Source of the DNA: TPA_inf: Saccharomyces
Taxonomy: Eukaryota
DNA: 64,000 nt
NCBI GenBank assembly: GCA_000146045.2
Contig: BK006948.2
Coordinates: forward strand, 160,001-224,000
Direction of reading: 5' to 3'
Both the position numbers and the translations under genes were made by a program. Below, in pieces: positions 21,682 to 32,600 of the stretch (position 1 is its first letter; each line of letters starts with the position of its first letter). The notes under the pieces were generated by a model. That model saw only the letters and a list, made by a program, of their open reading frames with translations. It did not search any database and had not been told where the DNA came from.

Positions 21682-24600
21682 ATGGACACGGTGACGGTAT
21701 TAAATGAACTGCGGGCTCAGTTTCTACGAGTGTGTCCGGAGAAAGATCAAATGAAAAGAATAATAAAACCGTACATACCCGTAGATGAATTCAACACAGA
21801 GCAGTGCTTAGATTCTTCTATCCGTGAATTATATATGAACTCAGACGGCGTAAGCTTGTTACCTGAACTAGAGTCTCCACCGGTATCTAAGGATTTTATG
21901 GAAAACTATGCTTCATTAGGGAAAATGAGGATAATGAGGGAGAATGAAGGCCAAAAAGGAAAGGCTAACCAGAATTTAATAGGAGCAGAGAAGACTGAAA
22001 GAGACGAGGAAGAAACACGAAATTTGCAAGATAAAAGTGCAAAAAATACTCTGATAGTTGAAGAAAATGGAACACTTCGTTATAATCCACTTAATTCATC
22101 TGCGTCGAACTCTCTTTTAAATGATGACGACCATACCAGTGGAAAACATCACAAAACTTCCTCAAAGGAAGACTCATATTTAAATAGTTCGATGGAAATG
22201 CAGAAGAAATCTAGTAAGAGATCGTCGCTTCCTTTCGTGAGGATATTCAAAAGTCGAAGGGACCACTCAAATACTTCTGGAAATAAAAATGTCATGAATA
22301 CAACTAATACAAGAGCAAAATCATCTACTTTGCATCCACCTGGTGCTCGCCATAATAAGAAAGGCAGTAAATTCGATATGAACTTCGATTTCGATGAAAA
22401 CTTAGAAGAAGAAGATGATGACGACGACGATGACGAAGAAGGTGACGATATACACTCTCAATTTTTTCAGTTAGATGATGATTTTGATGCTAAGGGTTCT
22501 GGAGCAAGTCCAGCCCACAAAGGCATCAACGGCATGTCCAACAATAAAAACAACACCTACACAAATAACAGAAACAGCATCAGCATTCTTGATGATCGAG
22601 AGAGTTCAAATGGCAATATAGGAAGTGCTTCAAGGTTAAAATCTCATTTCCCCACAAGTCAAAAGGGGAAAATTTTTTTAACTGACAATAAAAATGATGG
22701 ACAAAAATCTGATTCACTGAATGCCAATAAAGGTATACATGGAGATGGAAGCAGCGCCAGCGGTAACGGATCGGTGAGTAGGGACGGTTTGACGGAAACG
22801 GAAAGCAACAATATTTCCGATATGGAATCTTATATCAATGAAAAAGATTTAGATGATTTGAATTTTGATACAGTGACCTCAAACATAAACAAAACAGTAT
22901 CTGATTTGGGAGGACATGAATCTACAAATGATGGAACGGCGGTCATGAACAGGGATTCAAAAGACAGCCGCAGTAATAGCAATGAATTCAATGCACAAAA
23001 TCGTGACCGAATCACTCCTGGCTCATCATATGGGAAGTCCCTTTTAGGATCTGAATATTCCGAAGAACGTTATTCTAATAACGACTCGTCAACCATGGAG
23101 AGCGGTGAAATGTCTCTTGATTCAGACATGCAAACTAATACTATACCCTCTCATTCCATACCAATGTCTATGCAAAAATATGGCATCTATCATGGCGATG
23201 ATGACTCTACCTTAAACAATGTCTTCGATAAAGCCGTACTGACTATGAATTCATCGCGACACCCAAAAGAAAGGCGCGATACTGTTATATCAGGAAAGGA
23301 GCCAACATCCTTAACCAGTTCTAATAGAAAATTTTCTGTTAGCTCGAATTTAACTTCAACAAGGTCTCCTCTTTTACGAGGACATGGAAGAACTTCATCG
23401 ACGGCCAGTAGTGAACACATGAAAGCCCCAAAGGTTTCTGACAGTGTATTGCATAGGGCAAGGAAGAGCACGTTGACGTTAAAGCAGGACCATTCTCAAC
23501 CTAGTGTTCCATCAAGTGTCCATAAAAGCTCGAAAGAGGGGAACATCCTTATTGAGAAAACCACCGATTATCTAGTGTCGAAACCGAAGGCCTCACAGTT
23601 ATCGAATATGTTCAACAAAAAGAAAAAGAGAACAAATACTAATTCTGTAGATGTGTTAGAATATTTTTCATTTGTTTGCGGAGATAAAGTACCAAATTAT
23701 GAATCAATGGGTCTCGAAATATACATTCAAGCTTCCAAAAAATATAAAAGAAATTCCTTCACTACCAAAGTCCGAAAATCGTCTACCATCTTCGAAGTTA
23801 TTGGATTTGCTTTATTTTTGTATTCTACTGAGAAAAAACCGGACAATTTTGAAGAAGATGGATTGACAGTTGAAGACATTTCTAATCCTAATAACTTCTC
23901 TTTGAAAATTGTCGATGAAGACGGTGAACCTTTTGAGGATAACTTTGGTAAACTAGATAGAAAAAGCACTATTCAATCAATTTCGGACAGCGAAGTTGTT
24001 TTATGTAAGGTTGATGATGCCGAGAAGTCTCAAAATGAAATTGAAACACCTTTACCATTTGAAACTGGTGGGGGCCTAATGGATGCTTCTACTTTGGATG
24101 CTAACAGCAGTCACGATACAACTGACGGAACCATCAACCAACTAAGTTTCTACAAACCTATTATAGGTAATGAAGACGACATCGATAAGACAAACGGTTC
24201 GAAAATCATTGATGTAACAGTATATTTGTATCCTAACGTGAATCCCAAATTTAACTATACTACCATAAGTGTTTTAGTGACCTCACATATAAACGATATT
24301 TTGGTAAAATATTGCAAAATGAAAAATATGGATCCTAATGAATATGCATTAAAAGTTCTAGGAAAGAACTATATACTGGACTTGAATGATACGGTATTAA
24401 GGCTCGATGGTATTAATAAGGTGGAACTCATCTCTAAAAAAGATGCAAGGGAGTTGCATTTGGAAAAAATGAAACCTGACCTAAAGAAGCCCGTTTTGCC
24501 AACGATCCAAAGTAATGATCTAACTCCGTTAACTTTGGAGCCTCTGAACTCTTATCTCAAAGCAGATGCTGGAGGGGCTGTGGCTGCCATTCCTGAAAAC

Positions 24601-25212
24601 ACGAAAGTTACATCCAAAGCTAAGAAGATATCCACGAAGTATAAGCTGGGCTTGGCAAAGCAGCATTCGTCATCAAGTGTTGCTAGTGGAAGTGTTTCAA
24701 CGGCTGGCGGTCTCGCCAATGGAAATGGGTTTTTCAAGAACAAGAATTCATCCAAATCCTCTTTGCATGGGACACTGCAGTTTCATAATATAAACCGTTC
24801 TCAGAGTACGATGGAGCACACGCCTGACACTCCAAATGGAGTTGGAGATAACTTCCAAGATCTTTTTACCGGAGCGTATCATAAATATAAGGTATGGAGA
24901 AGGCAGCAAATGTCATTTATAAACAAGCATGAAAGAACACTAGCCATTGATGGCGACTACATATACATTGTACCCCCGGAGGGACGTATACATTGGCATG
25001 ATAATGTAAAGACTAAGTCGTTACACATTAGTCAAGTGGTTCTTGTCAAAAAATCCAAAAGAGTCCCTGAGCATTTCAAAATTTTCGTAAGAAGAGAGGG
25101 GCAAGATGATATCAAAAGGTACTACTTTGAAGCAGTTTCAGGTCAAGAGTGTACTGAGATCGTGACGCGATTACAAAACTTATTAAGCGCTTATAGAATG
25201 AATCATAAATAA
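21682..25212 (+). CDS. AVO1: AVO1, TORC2 subunit (SIN1 homolog), 1176 aa
   Basis: The track ORF 21643-25212 begins at GTG. The first in-frame ATG, at 21682, gives [13 protein letters not shown]... and 1176 aa, the AVO1 length. The protein is Asn/Ser-rich with an acidic run, and has a C-terminal PH-like region. Confidence 0.88.
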
Positions 25213-25437
25213 GTAAAACCCATTATACTGCATCTTACCAGCATTAATTTTGGTTTATATCTAAATATGGTATAGAAAATACTTCATCGCGATCTCGATG
25301 GTGATTGGTCAGAGTCCGCTTCTCGATGCAAAGGGAAAAAAAAGAGCTTTTTAGGAGCAAGTCCCCCCATAGAGCACATAACTCGTTAGCATTGAATAAG
25401 GCCAGGTGACTTCAAATAATAATTTATAACTACGACA

Positions 25438-25644
25438 ATGGGTGCTGCTTATCATTTCATGGGGAAAGCTATCCCTCCACACCAACTAGCCATTGGGACA
25501 TTAGGACTGCTAGGTTTATTGGTTGTTCCAAATCCTTTTAAAAGCGCAAAGCCAAAAACAGTCGACATCAAAACAGACAACAAAGACGAGGAAAAATTCA
25601 TTGAAAACTACTTAAAGAAACATTCGGAAAAGCAAGATGCGTAA
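25438..25644 (+). CDS. ATP19: ATP19, F1Fo ATP synthase subunit k, 68 aa
   Basis: 68 aa ATG ORF (MGAAYHFMGKAIPPHQLAIGTLGLLGLLVVPNPF...) with one hydrophobic helix. Its size and its position between AVO1 and BRX1 match YOL077W-A. Confidence 0.85.
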   Translation: MGAAYHFMGKAIPPHQLAIGTLGLLGLLVVPNPFKSAKPKTVDIKTDNKDEEKFIENYLKKHSEKQDA

Positions 25645-25847
25645 ATATAGCTTGATTGCTGCGCGGTTGAAGATCTTTTGTACATACAATAAATATTCTT
25701 TATATATACAGCTTTCGATATTCAAGATTTAAACATTAAATTATTAAAAAGAGGTCTATAACTAGACAGTTGCTACATCCACTCTTTTCTTGTTATATCT
25801 TTTTAATATACAATGTTATGTAAAACTCTCTGATAGTATTATGCTTA

Positions 25848-26723
25848 TTATTTAAACAAGGCATCGTTTGATAAAGGATCGGCGGCAAGAACATTCTCTC
25901 TTCTCTTAATTTTTCTTTCCACAGCAGCTTCAGCTCTAGACTTTGCCTCCTCAGCAGCTTGTTGTTTAATTTGAGCTCTTACGACGTTTGGCGAAACATA
26001 TTGTTTATTTTCATAGATCTTTGGACCACCAAATGAACCTTCTAGGATCAAAATGACAGTCATAACAAACCTAGGGCCAATTTCCACTAATGATATGTCT
26101 TCTTCGCCATCTTCATATTCTTCTTTGTTCTTAGTACTGTGTGAGATCTCATATGTCCTCACCCATATTTTATCATCTACAATACTGAAGGACATGACGT
26201 GATCAATAAATGGCTTAGATTTTCTAGCATTTGGTGGTACACCAAAATTATGCACTAGCAACTCCTTAATTAATTGGTAGTGTGGGGAGGATTCGAAACG
26301 TTGATCAAACGACAATACCGGACGAGAACCCTTTAAACAGTTACCTGTAAAATTCAACTCATCCATAGTATGCAAGTTTTGAATGTAAAATTTTATAGTT
26401 GGCCCATTTGGCGGCTTGGATAACCATAGATACAAATCTTGGTGTTTTCTGGCCTCAAAGAATAGAACATTATTACAATTGTACAACTCAGCGATTTCGT
26501 TCAACTGTTGAAGATCCTTTTTAGTATCCAATTTTGGCTCCTTTCTGGAATGAGGCAATAATCCGCTTAAGTCTTGAATTAAATGACGATGTCTATAGTT
26601 AACACCTCTACTCGAAATCAGAAGAGTTCTTTGCTTGTTCATAAATTGCTTGACATTGCCTTGCTTCTTTTCAGATTTATTATCTTTGCTCTTTCCTGCG
26701 AGGGCTTTGTAGATAGAAGACAT
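25848..26723 (-). CDS. BRX1: BRX1, Brix-domain 60S ribosomal subunit biogenesis factor, 291 aa
   Basis: 291 aa ORF. The N-terminus is lysine-rich and a sigma70-like/Brix fold region follows. Length and location match YOL077C. Confidence 0.9.
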   Translation of the reverse strand: MSSIYKALAGKSKDNKSEKKQGNVKQFMNKQRTLLISSRGVNYRHRHLIQDLSGLLPHSRKEPKLDTKKDLQQLNEIAELYNCNNVLFFEARKHQDLYLWLSKPPNGPTIKFYIQNLHTMDELNFTGNCLKGSRPVLSFDQRFESSPHYQLIKELLVHNFGVPPNARKSKPFIDHVMSFSIVDDKIWVRTYEISHSTKNKEEYEDGEEDISLVEIGPRFVMTVILILEGSFGGPKIYENKQYVSPNVVRAQIKQQAAEEAKSRAEAAVERKIKRRENVLAADPLSNDALFK

Positions 26724-26861
26724 CTTTGGTTGAACTCTTTCAACACCTGACGAATGTATAAAGAAAGACGTGAAGCAAAATAAGGCTAAGTAACCTTCTA
26801 ACTCGTAAATATTATAGCAATTTCTGTATCTTTTTAGGTGATAGATTCTTTGAGAACCATC

Positions 26862-26883
26862 GCGATGAGCATCTAAAATTTTT
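26862..26883 (+). promoter_or_regulatory. PAC (GCGATGAG, 26862-26869) and RRPE (TAAAATTTTT, 26874-26883) motifs about 140-160 bp upstream of BRX1
   Basis: Exact PAC octamer immediately followed by an A4T5 RRPE element. BRX1 is a canonical ribosome-biogenesis regulon member. Confidence 0.6.
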
Positions 26884-27023
26884 CAGTCACCTTTAACGAA
26901 AATCACTGTCCACGGACCGCCGAGGGCTTTAGGAAAATAAATAATAAATGTCAGCTGCAACAGAATTCATTGGCGAAGCAACGATACATAACGAGCTCGG
27001 TACAGCAATCATCGCATCGAAGC

Positions 27024-29414
27024 ATGTCCGACAAGATACAGGAGGAGATATTAGGACTAGTAAGCAGGTCCAACTTCAAACAATGCTATGCAAAACTGGG
27101 GCAATTGCAAAAACAATTTCCCAATGCGTTGTACTTCAAGATTTTGGAAACCTATGTTAAATTCAAGCAGTCACCTGGTAAGTTCGATTACAATAAACTG
27201 CTAGAAGAACCATATGGGCTGAAAGGGACAACGATTACGGGCGACACGCGTTCCTTGGAGTTTTTGCACAACTTCTTCGTAGAGTTAGGGAAATACGACG
27301 AAGCATTGCACGTGTATGAAAGAGGAAATTTCAAATTCCCTAGCTACGAATTGTCTTATCACTGGTTTATGAAAGCATTGGAAGATTCCAATTATAACCA
27401 AATGAGCAAAGCATCTCTACAGCTAGCTAAATACAGTGACAGTGGAAACCTGCCTAAAAGAGCATATTATTTTTGGAATGCAATCTCGATTTTAGCCGTA
27501 TCAAGGTTTCAGGAAAACACTCTTTCAGATCCCAAGAAAATTTTGCTCTCCAGGCTAGCGCGCCAGTCTTTGTTAGACTTGAAACCATTTCAAAATGTTC
27601 AAGAGATTATAGTTTATTGTTTGGTGTTGGATGAACTATTCCCTCAATCTAGAGAAATCTCGGAAGAGATTGTTGCGATTACCTTTGCCAATTTTGATAC
27701 TTCAGTAAACTTGTATTTGAAAAACTTTATCTTGAAGCATACCAAGTTATTGAATTCTCCACAAAAACTTTTTGAAGTTTGTTCAAAACTTATTGAAAAG
27801 GGCCTTGATGATTATGAATTGATCACAAACTTGATTGATGCTGCCTACAAACTTTCTAAATCTAAAGACGAAGTCAAACAATGGATTGATGAAAATTTGG
27901 GAGACTCAAGGAATACTCGATTGGCGCGCTTGAAACTTGATATAATGTACACCGATTCGGTTTCGGAATCATCTTTGTCGTACTATTTATCAAAGTACCA
28001 TAACAAACCTTGTTGTTCAATCGATTTGAATCATTACAGCGGCCACATTAACATAGATATGCTTAAGAGCATTATGTCTAAGTACGATCCAGAGGATAAG
28101 GATTTGATTCATCATTGTAATATTCTAGAATTGGGACTTATTGGAAGCGACTCAATCAATAACTATAACAAGTTTAAGGGGACCCTGGAAAAAAAATCGG
28201 TAACGGATTATTCCTCCTGTTCTACATTCTTATTAGAAATAGTCAAGGACAAGTGCAAGAAAACTAATCCTGAATTGAAAGACGTGCTTTTGTGTATAAC
28301 GATATTGGAAAATTACCAAGCCAAGGACCCTCATAACTTCGATACTATGTGCTGGCTGATTGTTTTATACATGTACCTGGGTTTAGTTCCCGATGCTTAT
28401 TTCCATTTCATAAACCTAAAGATTAAAAACGTTCAAACAGATTCCCTAGATTACATGATATTCTCGAGATTTTCTACTTTGTTCCCGAATAAACAGAGCG
28501 ATTTTTACTCCAAGACATTCCATGAACATAATAATTTATACGATACATCACTGGCTAATTTACCAAGATATATTCAGGTGGCATTCGAAAGAAATTCATA
28601 TAGCAAAATACTAGGAATGCTCGAGATGAGGGATAAACTAATGAAATCCTATACAAGATGGACCAAAACTTTAGAAAACTTACAGTTCTCACGTTTATGC
28701 AACGACAAGCGCGGCCACCTACTACAAAAATTACACGAAGATTGGAGATCTTTAGAAATGACGCAAAGTGTATCATTTTCTGACAATAGAGACTTTTCCA
28801 TATTAGATGAAAATTTTGCCCAATTTCTTAACCGTGGTAAAATTTTGGAATATGCTAACTTGAATGAAGAATCAATTTTTCTAACTTTGATAAGAGAACT
28901 TATTATTGAAGCTTTGCCAAATGGGGAGAAAACGGAACAAATAAGTGCGCTCTTAAAAAAACTTCCATCAATTAACCTTGAAGAGTTGTTGAATAATAAT
29001 TTAACTGAAGTGGAGTCAGCGTCATTTCTGATTTTTTTCGAAATTTACGAAAATAACGGTAAAAATCTACATGATTTAATTTCTAGGTTGATGAAAGTCC
29101 CAATAAATGCAAAACAAAACTGGATGGTATCCCATACTTACCTTACTAAAATGGCAACCTTAAAAACACTAGACAGTTTGAAGAGAATCAAAGATAAAGA
29201 AATTCAAAAACTAATCAAAAACTCCCTCAAGGAGTTGAGGAGTTGTTGCGATGATGTATTTAAAGGTTATTCTAAAGCTTTAGTACAAGCATATGAAGAA
29301 TTAAAAAAAGATGAATGTGGCAACTTGTTAAAAGAACTTGATGTTAAAGCTGAAAATGTCAAGAACATTAAAAATTCATTACTAGGCATCCAAAAAAGTG
29401 TAAGAAATTTATGA
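27024..29414 (+). CDS. MDM20: MDM20, auxiliary subunit of the NatB N-terminal acetyltransferase, 796 aa
   Basis: The track ORF starts at TTG 26970. The first in-frame ATG, at 27024, gives MSDKIQEEILGL... and 796 aa. The protein is TPR-like and helical-repeat rich. Confidence 0.88.
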   Translation: MSDKIQEEILGLVSRSNFKQCYAKLGQLQKQFPNALYFKILETYVKFKQSPGKFDYNKLLEEPYGLKGTTITGDTRSLEFLHNFFVELGKYDEALHVYERGNFKFPSYELSYHWFMKALEDSNYNQMSKASLQLAKYSDSGNLPKRAYYFWNAISILAVSRFQENTLSDPKKILLSRLARQSLLDLKPFQNVQEIIVYCLVLDELFPQSREISEEIVAITFANFDTSVNLYLKNFILKHTKLLNSPQKLFEVCSKLIEKGLDDYELITNLIDAAYKLSKSKDEVKQWIDENLGDSRNTRLARLKLDIMYTDSVSESSLSYYLSKYHNKPCCSIDLNHYSGHINIDMLKSIMSKYDPEDKDLIHHCNILELGLIGSDSINNYNKFKGTLEKKSVTDYSSCSTFLLEIVKDKCKKTNPELKDVLLCITILENYQAKDPHNFDTMCWLIVLYMYLGLVPDAYFHFINLKIKNVQTDSLDYMIFSRFSTLFPNKQSDFYSKTFHEHNNLYDTSLANLPRYIQVAFERNSYSKILGMLEMRDKLMKSYTRWTKTLENLQFSRLCNDKRGHLLQKLHEDWRSLEMTQSVSFSDNRDFSILDENFAQFLNRGKILEYANLNEESIFLTLIRELIIEALPNGEKTEQISALLKKLPSINLEELLNNNLTEVESASFLIFFEIYENNGKNLHDLISRLMKVPINAKQNWMVSHTYLTKMATLKTLDSLKRIKDKEIQKLIKNSLKELRSCCDDVFKGYSKALVQAYEELKKDECGNLLKELDVKAENVKNIKNSLLGIQKSVRNL

Positions 29415-29657
29415 ACAAAAATTACATCTCCATTATAGAGCAGTCGCAGATAGACAATTTTCTTTTATTTTTTTTTTTTTAGGTAGATAAAATAACATGT
29501 ATCGCAAGACTTTTATATCAGCAGCCTTTTCAAGCTCCATAATTTCTGAAAGAAAAAGTAGTATATGATTTTTGAGGAGAATAAATTTCAAAAAATCATA
29601 GGAAAATAATAACGATGTTCCTCCCGTTAATTTACAGGTCTATAAGTATTTTTCCAA

Positions 29658-32600
29658 TCACCATTTTATCCACTCCAATTTTGCTTTTAAAATAAAAAAT
29701 GCAATAAGGCGATAAATTATGGCTACGCACACAATGATTCCCAGGTACTTTTGCGTATTTCTGACTAAACCATAAGAAACCAACACATCATGGCCATTCG
29801 CAAATTCACAAGTACCGTCTGAATTTTTCCCGCCATCTTCGCAGGTTAATTTCAAATTACCTGGGAATGCGAAATTAATGATGATCATAGATGTATACCC
29901 TACAGGGTTCAAATAGTTAAAACCCTTTAATACTCTCGACATGCCTAGTGACATTAACCCTGACATCTGAGTACCAATGGATAAAATAATGGAAATGCAG
30001 TTAACGACGAAGCCTGGCCTTTCGAAAAATGTATTTGTCATTATACCAAGAGCTTCGCCACAACAGGTAACAATAAAGGAACAGTAGACGGTTGCAAAGA
30101 AGTTGCCTGCAGTTCTTGGTAACCCACATGCCAGTACTGTAAATACCGCGTATAACACTGAAGCTAATGCGGATAGCGGCAACTCTAATGTCATATAAGC
30201 TAAGAAAAAAGGTGCTATACCATAAACATTATCATTATATTCTTCGTAAAAGTAATCTCTTTCAGTTGGATAACATGCCAAGTTCCCCAGCATGCCCACA
30301 AAATATAGTGCTGTAGATTCTTGTGCCAATCCTAGACGATTGCTAATACTTGTATAATTATGCTTGACTGGGGCAAAGAATAATGCGAAAATAACACCTA
30401 ATCCTGGAATTTGTGCAATACGCGCCATCAAAGAGTCAAAACTTCTCCTTGTCGTAGTAAATTGCCTTTTAACGTTCACTATGTACGCCAAAACCAAATT
30501 AGCTGGTTTTCTTACAAACTCGCTGTATTCTGTGAAAAATGACTCCTGAGAGTATTGTTGTTTTTCAGAAATTGGGGTTGGTGAAAGGCTTTCGTTATCC
30601 ATATTAGCTTTCCATGCACTAAGTATCTTTTCTACTCGTGCCCTTGAGCTTATTTCATTCTGTTCGTTCTGGGTATTAACTGAAATTAAATCAAGAAAGA
30701 AATCTGCCACGTTCGTAAACGAAGGACAGTTATATCCCAATTCAGTGAAATAAGCAATCATTTCATCTGGTGATCCATTGAAAGCAGTTCTACCCGATTT
30801 AGCTAATAGCAAAACATTACCAAATCTCTTGAATAATTCTGACCTTGGTTGATGAATGGTAATGATGATCGTCTTGCCCTGTTCCCTACATAACTTCTCC
30901 AAAATTTCCAGTATAGTAGCGGATGTGAAGCTATCTAACCCTGAAGTTGGTTCATCTAGCAATAATATCGGAGGATCGTTTAATAATTGCACACCCATAG
31001 TTACTCTTCTTTTTTCACCACCGCTTATACCTTTAACAAATTCATTACCAATGATATTGTTTTCACAATGCTTTAAACCCAAAGACCTTATTAGGTTGTC
31101 AGTTCTCTCCATTCGTTCTGCCTCAGTCAGATGATGCAATCTTAATGCAGCGGCATATTTCAGGGTTTCTTTAACGGTTAAAGCTGCCAAAAGGTGGTCA
31201 TCATCCTGCGAGACATACGAGCATACATTTTTAAACATAAGCTCTGAAACTTGAATATCATTGAACATTATTGAACCTGAAGTGTCAAATTTGGCAAAGA
31301 CCGAAGATTTTAATCTTCCGGAGATTAGGTTTAACAGAGAAGACTTTCCAGACCCTGATGGCCCCATAATTGCATTAATCATTCCAGGTTTGAAAATGGC
31401 ATTAACTGATTGTAGAATTTCTTTTGTTTCATGGTGGAAGTTGCCTTCTTTCCAGTTTGAGAAAGGGGCAGAAAAAATGACTCGTAAGTCTATATCTTCT
31501 AATTTTATAGTAATATGTATATTTTTTCCTTTCTCCGCTTCCAAATCTTTCTGATGATACACGTCATCTAGCAGCTGAATCTCGGGTTTCATTCCTGTTG
31601 GGGATTTCTTTTTGATTTTTTTTTGCTTCGATTTCACTTCATTTTGTAAAGTTATATCAATCTTGTGCAAATATAAAATAATTGCACCTACTACAAAATA
31701 TCCCACAGACCAGCAAAGTAAGACAACGGCAGGTACGGTTATCCAATTCCTAGGAAACCCGTAAACTTCCAATATCTGGTTACCCAAGCACTCATCGAGA
31801 TTATCTGTAGTACAGTACGAATTCGTAAAGGTGCTTGACATGAGAGTACCGAATGAATACCACGTAAAGGCAATATATTTAATCCAACGAACATACACGG
31901 GCATTACTTTAGCATTAACGAAAAAACCACATCCCATCGATAATACCGTAAATGTCATATTTCCTACTAATGAAGCTTTAGAAAAATCTCTCGATACCGC
32001 CACCGATAACATAGATAAACCGGAACATGATAGCTGACATAAAAATACAACAGCAAACTGATAAAAAAACTTCCTTGCATCTGCTTCCAATCCAAACATA
32101 AAATATGTTATACTGACAAAAATCATGGTCATCGCGAAATCGTCAGAGAGGAAAAGTGAAATTTTTCTAGCTACGATGAATGCCAAAGGTGTTACCGAGC
32201 CCTCTGCTCTTTCTCTGTCATATAACGCAATATCCTGCTCACAAAGTCGATAAGTATCAAAAAGCAAATACAAGTAACATTGCAAAATTGTGGACGCGTA
32301 AAGACATGCGGTTGTTGTCCTTAAACCACCTATACTGCTTTTGTCAGGTTTATAGTAAATCCAACCGCAAACAGTACCAATAATCAACGGTTCTGCAAAA
32401 GTAGATATTAAAGTAACGTAATCTGAAAAATTTAATTTGAAATTTCGCCTTGTTAGCACCGTAACTTGCTTCCAAAATGGCAGTCTGGTAGTCATATTCT
32501 GAATTTGAATTTCCGTTGCGTTGCTTATATAAGATTCTGCCTGTAGTTGCAAATGAGTTCTCTCATAATCATGCCAATGATCAATCAATGAATTTAGCCG

